A stretch of 47,984 nucleotides of DNA, from IMG/VR virus record IMGVR_UViG_3300048855_000206, positions 1 to 47,984 of that record. One strand, written 5' to 3'. The position numbers and the translations under genes were made by a program. The first letter of the stretch is position 1. Each line of letters opens with the position of its first letter. This DNA is from a virus. Its lineage: Duplodnaviria > Caudoviricetes. The notes beneath the pieces are model-generated. The model ran no database searches. It worked only from the letters and a program-made list of their open reading frames with translations, and was not told where the DNA came from. Of this stretch, positions 42,801 through 47,984 are shown in pieces.

Positions 42801-43313
42801 TCATCTACACAACCCGTAGTGCCTCGCCAGAAGAAAGAGACCCGCCGACAGCCGTTCCACCGCGAGGGCGCGAGCCGCTCTCTCGTGCCGCGCGCTCCCG
42901 AACTCGCGGCCAACCGTAACCAGGTCAGATCGTTCTTCGATAACAACGGCATCCACGACCGCTCGATAGCGAGGACCCAAACAAGCCCATGCCCGCCGGA
43001 CTCGGTCCACCGCGCCAGCAACGCGTTCTGCAGCGCTACCGCCCCTGCCCCCATCGACGATGGGGGACGCGTAGTCTGGAGAGCGAATGGCACCGTCGAG
43101 TCTCGCAGCGTTGACGTCCGATGCATATCGAACGCCGGCGACATAGAGGATTTCATTCATCTCTGCACTCTCGTCCAGTGCCTCCCGCGCATGCAGTGAA
43201 GCGAGGGGATGATCTAGAAAACGCCGGACGCCTAGTTCCACTACGTTGTCATTGTCGGCCAGTCTTTTTCGTTCGGGCGTAGCGTCAAGACCGATCACCT
43301 TTGCCAAGGCCAT
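42801..43313 (-). CDS. putative late transcription regulator/antiterminator (DUF6456/Q-like)
   Basis: PLASLHAREALD...AGVRYASD...VDGG...VVDAVVIEE...LSAGLFLLARHYG; occupies the Q position. Confidence 0.7.
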   Translation of the reverse strand: MALAKVIGLDATPERKRLADNDNVVELGVRRFLDHPLASLHAREALDESAEMNEILYVAGVRYASDVNAARLDGAIRSPDYASPIVDGGRGGSAAERVAGAVDRVRRAWACLGPRYRAVVDAVVIEERSDLVTVGREFGSARHERAARALAVERLSAGLFLLARHYGLCR

Positions 43314-43332
43314 GCATTTCTCCCTTTTTAGG

Positions 43333-43611
43333 TTAGGCTGCCGGGGGCGTGATCAACGGCAGTTCGCGGATAGCTTCGGAAAGCGGCGTCGGCTCACCGT
43401 CGGGGCCTTCCGCCAGCAGGGCGGCGGACTCGCGCAACTTCGTGAGGGCCACGCCGAGCCGATTGCGGTGAACGTCGGGCGTTATGATCGTTCGCATCCA
43501 CACGCGTGAAGATTCGACAAGAAGGCCAGCGAGGTATTTGGCGTCCGGCGGGCCACGGGATGTCCGGAATGCCGTATCCACGTCCGCTCGAATATCGTCT
43601 TCGATCGTCAT
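43333..43611 (-). CDS. hypothetical protein
   Basis: MTIEDDIRADVDTAF...; follows the origin repeats. Confidence 0.55.
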   Translation of the reverse strand: MTIEDDIRADVDTAFRTSRGPPDAKYLAGLLVESSRVWMRTIITPDVHRNRLGVALTKLRESAALLAEGPDGEPTPLSEAIRELPLITPPAA

Positions 43612-43613
43612 TT

Positions 43614-43780
43614 TGCCCCCACCCAGAAGTTGCCCCACCCTCGATTTTTTCGTTCCACCCTTCGCCACACCACCCCCTCCCCCTTAAGGGGGACGGGGGT
43701 GGGGGTGTGGCAGGGTAAAGGGGTGGATTTTGCCCCACCCTGCCCCACCCTGCCTCACCCCTCATTAGGGGGGTGGGGCG
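43614..43780. repeat. iteron-like repeats; putative replication origin
   Basis: TGCCCCACCC at 43631, 43731 and 43741; variants at 43614 and 43751; inverted copy at 43771; central CCCCTTAAGGGG palindrome near 43680. Confidence 0.75.
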
Positions 43781-45348
43781 GCAGCCGGAACGATGAATGG
43801 TCGCGGCGTTCGCTTTGCATCGGGCTTGCTGACGACGTGGAGGCGGCCTTCCTCGATCCAAACCTGGAGCAGATCGGAAATCCGTTTCTTCTCCGCCTTT
43901 GTCTCTCGCGGCCAGCCGAGTACTTCGGAGACTACGTTTCCGGCCCATGCCGCGGTTTGTGGGTCCTTGCGATAATCTGCGAAGCCGAGCCGCTGAACGA
44001 TGCAGTCACGCGCCTCGTCCGTCACGTCTTGGATAGTGGCTTCAGCCGTCGGCCACTCCCAGGGGACGACGACGCCGATCTCATCGCCGCGCAGCATAGA
44101 CATATTGCCGGCGCCGCCGTTACCAAGCTTGACTGACTGGAATCGCCGCCACGCGGGAATGCCGGATCGCTTCGTCAGGTTTGCCTTACCGAAGTCCACC
44201 CGGAAGTAACTCCAGGCTTCCGCAAGCGGTACCCCGGCTGCCTCGGCCTGCTCCGCTGTCATAGCGTTGATGACGCGAACCGAACGCGCCTTGTCCTTGA
44301 GCGCCCCTGCGCCGCGTCCGGAATCAGCAGTGACTTCGATGTGGCCCTTGGCGACGTGGTGGATCAGTTCCACCGAGCAGTTTCCCTCCTCCGCTACACG
44401 AACCCACTGGGCGGCAACCTGCTGGATTCTTGTGTTGTCGTTCTCTTCGACCTCGTGGGTCGAAACGAACGGATCAATGATCAGAACATCAATGGCGCGT
44501 GCTTTGATCTCCTCGATGAGGCTTGCGACGACAGGCTCGCAAACCCTGACGTTTCGGCCGTCCGATTTGACAATGACAAATTCCTGGTCGCGTCCTGAGT
44601 CAGTGAAAAGTCGTCCGCCGATATGCTCTTCGGTGATACGAAAGTTCTTCGCCGCGCCGGCGAAGCGCCTCTCGATCTCGATGGCGGGGTCTTCAACATT
44701 AACGTACCAAACGGTAGCCGGCTCTTTCGGCGGAACGCCGAGAAGGTGCCTGGCTGTCGACATGGCGAGCGCCTCGGTGACCGCGAGAGCTGACTTCCCG
44801 CCGCCGCCGGCACCGAACGTGGCGGTGAGATAGCGCCTGACGTAATGGCTAAGAAACAAGAACTCACGCCGCGGGATCGTGGCAGGGTCCCGCAGTGTGA
44901 AGGGCGTAGCTCGGATCTTCGGGGCGACGATGAGCTCAAAACTGCCTCGCGCATTGGCGAAGACCGGCTTGCCGTTGGAAAACCAGATCTGCCCCGATTG
45001 CCCGTCGATCTTAGCGCCGAAGAGTGTCGCAACTCCTGTTTCTGATGTGCGAATAATTCCCCCGTGCTCCGCCCGAAGCTCCTCGAGTGCTTTGGTCTCG
45101 CCGTCAGAGGATGGTGGCACGACGGATGCCGGCTGGGATGCCTCGGGGGAACTGTGGAAACCTGCGCCAGCTTCCGGTGGACTGACCGACTCTGCTTGGC
45201 GTCGACGGCGCACGCGCTCAAACGCCTTCGACTCGCCAGAGGGGGTCCTGCTAAATGGCTCCCTCGGCGGTATCCGAGATAGGATGCGCGCCGCCACCTC
45301 TTCGGCCAGCGCCTCTCCGGCGGGCATGATTTCAGCTAGGGTCGGCAT
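43765..45348 (-). CDS. RepA/AAA_25-family replicative helicase
   Basis: Walker A GAGGGGKS, NVEDP, Walker B VLIIDP, HEVEENDN, LIHHVAK, RGAGAL. Confidence 0.92.
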   Translation of the reverse strand: MPTLAEIMPAGEALAEEVAARILSRIPPREPFSRTPSGESKAFERVRRRRQAESVSPPEAGAGFHSSPEASQPASVVPPSSDGETKALEELRAEHGGIIRTSETGVATLFGAKIDGQSGQIWFSNGKPVFANARGSFELIVAPKIRATPFTLRDPATIPRREFLFLSHYVRRYLTATFGAGGGGKSALAVTEALAMSTARHLLGVPPKEPATVWYVNVEDPAIEIERRFAGAAKNFRITEEHIGGRLFTDSGRDQEFVIVKSDGRNVRVCEPVVASLIEEIKARAIDVLIIDPFVSTHEVEENDNTRIQQVAAQWVRVAEEGNCSVELIHHVAKGHIEVTADSGRGAGALKDKARSVRVINAMTAEQAEAAGVPLAEAWSYFRVDFGKANLTKRSGIPAWRRFQSVKLGNGGAGNMSMLRGDEIGVVVPWEWPTAEATIQDVTDEARDCIVQRLGFADYRKDPQTAAWAGNVVSEVLGWPRETKAEKKRISDLLQVWIEEGRLHVVSKPDAKRTPRPFIVPAAAPPP

Positions 45349-46020
45349 TTAAGCAGCCCACCTTGGCGGCGTCGCAAGGCGCGCTCGAAGTTTGCCCTGC
45401 GCCTCGAAATACGCATCAACGTCCTCTTGCGGCGCATCAATTTCAAAGCGCGAAAGGTACTCGTCGCGACCGGAGAAGCCCCACTCCCAAGCATCCAGCG
45501 CGGTTCGCACGTCATCGCAGATGATTTTTTCGCATCGTTGCAGATCCACAAGCGCGCGGCGGCTCACTGGCTCGATATGGCAAACGCCGGCGCATGCGGC
45601 CTGCAGCCACTCGCCTGGACTGGTATGTAGGCGAACGGTCCCGCAAATCTGGTCGCGCCCGAGCCAGAAGGCCATTTTTGTGGCTCGGTCGAACTCGTAG
45701 GTGTCGAGATCGAGCAGTAGCAAGTCAACGAATTCGCCCTGCTCGACGATAGGAATGGCGAGGGCGTTAGGCTCGCCATGGACAATCGTGAAAACTATGC
45801 CTTCACCCTCGGCGCCGACATTGAAACCGTAATCACATGTGTAGTTCACGAGTTTCGCACCGCCCGTTGCCTTCAGAATAGCCGCAGCGTCGAAGCCTTC
45901 GTCGCGGAGCCACTCGTCCGCCTCCGCTAGACCGTCCGCGGCGTCGAATTGCTGCCGAACTCGCTCGACGGAGGGCTGGAAGTGCAGTTCGTGATCCGCG
46001 GAATAGAAGGGCATGCTCAT
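45349..46020 (-). CDS. replication-associated protein (possibly degenerate primase-like)
   Basis: Between xis and helicase, ATGA-coupled to xis; VDLL...WLG...LHTSPGEWLQA; no clear catalytic motif. Confidence 0.6.
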   Translation of the reverse strand: MSMPFYSADHELHFQPSVERVRQQFDAADGLAEADEWLRDEGFDAAAILKATGGAKLVNYTCDYGFNVGAEGEGIVFTIVHGEPNALAIPIVEQGEFVDLLLLDLDTYEFDRATKMAFWLGRDQICGTVRLHTSPGEWLQAACAGVCHIEPVSRRALVDLQRCEKIICDDVRTALDAWEWGFSGRDEYLSRFEIDAPQEDVDAYFEAQGKLRARLATPPRWAA

Positions 46021-46241
46021 GCCGCGACCCCTTCCTGACGCAAGGAGTTGTCGTTTGAGCCTGACCAAGTCGTGATGCGGCGCTGAGAGGCCAGCCAGTT
46101 GTCAAGGTCAGCGGTGGCGTAGATGACTGCGCGGCCGACTTTCGAGTACGCGGGGCCACTGCCAAAGAATCGGAATTTATCTAAACTCGATTTCGAAAGG
46201 CCAACATATGCCGCTGCTTCTTTGACCCGACGGTAGTCCAT
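46017..46241 (-). CDS. AlpA/excisionase-like HTH protein
   Basis: VKEAAAYVGLSKSSLDKFRFFGSGPAYSKVGRAVIYATADLDNWL. Confidence 0.92.
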   Translation of the reverse strand: MDYRRVKEAAAYVGLSKSSLDKFRFFGSGPAYSKVGRAVIYATADLDNWLASQRRITTWSGSNDNSLRQEGVAA

Positions 46242-46312
46242 CTCGACGCCTCCATTTCATGTAGGCGCACTTTGGCTCATGTCGTTTCATTCTTCACGGA
46301 CAACAAATCACA

Positions 46313-46705
46313 TTAATTGTCTGTCTCGCGGTCCTGCTCCGCCCGCACCTCTGCCATCACATTCTCGTAGAACCTCACTCGGCGAGCGATCGTCTTCTCG
46401 CCGCCGACGGAGTATTTTTTGGCCAGATCCTCGAGGGCCCGCTCGGCTGAAAGGCCATGCGACCTCAACACGTCGTAGTCATGGCCTATCTCGTACCACC
46501 AAGATGGAATCTGGGGCTTTGGGCGCCCTTTCTTGCCGACGGGCTTTGGCTCCAGGAGGTCTGCCACCGCGTTGAGGAAGAGGGCATGCGACTCGCCCAG
46601 CCGCAGATGCTCGACGGCGTAGTCAACGGCATCCGCGCGGCGACCTTCGGCCATTGCCTGGCGGATAGCGTCCGCATGCCTGGACATCGGAGGAAGCTTA
46701 GCCAT
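46313..46705 (-). CDS. hypothetical protein with C-terminal HTH-like segment
   Basis: KKGRPK then AERALEDLAKKYSVGGEKTIARRV; overlaps the integrase stop. Confidence 0.7.
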   Translation of the reverse strand: MAKLPPMSRHADAIRQAMAEGRRADAVDYAVEHLRLGESHALFLNAVADLLEPKPVGKKGRPKPQIPSWWYEIGHDYDVLRSHGLSAERALEDLAKKYSVGGEKTIARRVRFYENVMAEVRAEQDRETDN

Positions 46706-47984
46706 TTTCCCCTCCCAGCGCCGCCTCTATCTTCCCCGCAATGGTGTCAGAAGCCCTCTTCAAAGGATCGTCGGCCAAATGCGCGTATCTCGCGGTAGTG
46801 GCCCCGTCGGCATGGCCGAGCAGTTTCCCAACGATCTGGAGTCCCAGGCCAGAACCCGCCCCGGTACTGGCAAACGAGTGCCGAAGGTCATGCAAGCGGA
46901 GCCCGGAGAGTCCGGCGTGAGTGGAGACCCGAGACCACGGCCGGTTCAAGTCTGAGCGGGGCCTTTCAGGCTTGCTATCCTTCCCGGCGGGCCTCCCCGC
47001 AGTCGCTCCGGCGATGACGAACTCACCCACACGGGGCAGGTCAGTGAGAATTTTGATCGCCGGGGCACCCAAGACGATCGTTTTCTTTCCGGTTTTGGAA
47101 TCTGGGAGAAAAAGAAGACCCCGCTCTAGGTCAACTTCCCTCCATCGAAGGTGAAGGATTTCCCGTAGACGGGCACCGGTGAACAAGAGGAGCCGCAACG
47201 CCGCAATTGCGAAACGGTCGATCCTCACCACCCGATTGACGGCTTTTGGGGCGTGTTTGGCCTTCTTGTCTGGCGAAGGCTCCCACGGGATTCCAGACGT
47301 TTCGGCGAGCCGAAGCGAAGCGCCGAGGCGCGCCAGCTCTTTTTCAGACAGATAGCGCTCTCGCCCTTGCTCGCGGAACTTCTCGATCCCGCGGACTGGG
47401 TTTGCGTGGTCCTTTGGCAGGCGCCCAGAACGAACGCCGAATGCGAAGGCGGCGTTCAGGACCGTCATCAGCCGGTTGGCCGTAACCGGATGTTTTTCCC
47501 CGACTAAGAGATGCAGCTTGACCACGTCGGAACGGGTCACGGCATTCGCTCTCCGCGCGCCTAGTACCGGCGCAATATGATTGTCCACGTAACCGTCAAA
47601 TAAGACGGCAGTTCGCGGTCGCCTTTTGGTTCTGACCACTTCTCCAAGGTAGGCCTCAAGCAGGTCCGAAAGGGTCTCGGAAGCGCGCTCTCCATTTCGG
47701 TCACCCGCGGGATCCTCGCCCATGGCAACTCGAGCCAGGAGCTTCCTTGCCGACTCGCGCGCCTCCTCAGGCGTGAGCGTTTCTGCCGATCCGATTTTCA
47801 TGCGGCGTTTGGCTACGCCTCGTCCACCGGCGCCGGGGCGGAATTCGAGAATCCACGACCGTGCGCCAGAGGGCATAAGCCGAAGCCCGAAGCCCTTCAG
47901 GTCGGCATCGTAGTAGGTTGCCGCCGCACCTTCTGGCGCCGGCAGAGACGAGACCGAACGGCGGCTGATTTTGATCGTCGGCAT
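46698..47984 (-). CDS. int: tyrosine integrase with arm-binding N-terminal domain
   Basis: YYDADLKGFGLR; LLLFTGARLREI, DSKTG, LRLHDLRHSFAS, LLGH, TTARYAH. Confidence 0.97.
   Translation of the reverse strand: MPTIKISRRSVSSLPAPEGAAATYYDADLKGFGLRLMPSGARSWILEFRPGAGGRGVAKRRMKIGSAETLTPEEARESARKLLARVAMGEDPAGDRNGERASETLSDLLEAYLGEVVRTKRRPRTAVLFDGYVDNHIAPVLGARRANAVTRSDVVKLHLLVGEKHPVTANRLMTVLNAAFAFGVRSGRLPKDHANPVRGIEKFREQGRERYLSEKELARLGASLRLAETSGIPWEPSPDKKAKHAPKAVNRVVRIDRFAIAALRLLLFTGARLREILHLRWREVDLERGLLFLPDSKTGKKTIVLGAPAIKILTDLPRVGEFVIAGATAGRPAGKDSKPERPRSDLNRPWSRVSTHAGLSGLRLHDLRHSFASTGAGSGLGLQIVGKLLGHADGATTARYAHLADDPLKRASDTIAGKIEAALGGENG

Larger units (their letters stand above)
10781..47984 (-). 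mobile_element. temperate siphovirus-type prophage (HK97-like head, long non-contractile tail), ~37 kb minimum
   Basis: Integrase, replication, packaging, head, tail and lysis genes in canonical order; att sites not identified, so the element may extend leftwards. Confidence 0.95.

Noticed and set aside
43614-43780. CRISPR array or G-quadruplex-only explanation for the G/C repeats
   Set aside because: Repeats are 10 bp with irregular spacing and no cas genes; the position after the helicase fits an iteron origin

Overview
This is a GC-rich alphaproteobacterial (Hyphomicrobiales-like) mobile region. The host call is inferred from a ROSE thermometer, EcfG-type promoters and GANTC clusters. About 10.8-48.0 kb is an apparently complete siphovirus-type prophage encoded almost entirely on the minus strand. 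From the right it carries: tyrosine integrase, small HTH gene, AlpA/Xis, primase-like gene, AAA_25 helicase, iteron-rich origin, Q-like regulator with a pR'/tR'-like late promoter, a structured non-coding stretch with tRNA-Trp, HNH/cos/terminase, HK97-type head, putative head-spike pair with an SGNH esterase, tail with a GGGAAAA frameshift, a two-part receptor-binding module, and a lysis cassette (TIGR02594 endolysin, holin, spanins). No CI/Cro switch is visible, and the early module looks like a PICI-type replicon. Morons sit in the tail-lysis region: a HEPN protein, HigB plus HigA-IrrE, a membrane protein and a secreted PLD nuclease. The left ~10.7 kb is stress-related accessory DNA: Hsp20 with RpoH promoter and ROSE element, an ATP-dependent DNA ligase behind seven GANTC sites, EcfG-driven small genes, a candidate EcfG-dependent sRNA, Crp/Fnr and two LuxR regulators. 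It also holds decayed phage-type relics (SRAP, spanins). No att site could be identified. All family assignments are from motif recognition by eye, not database searches.
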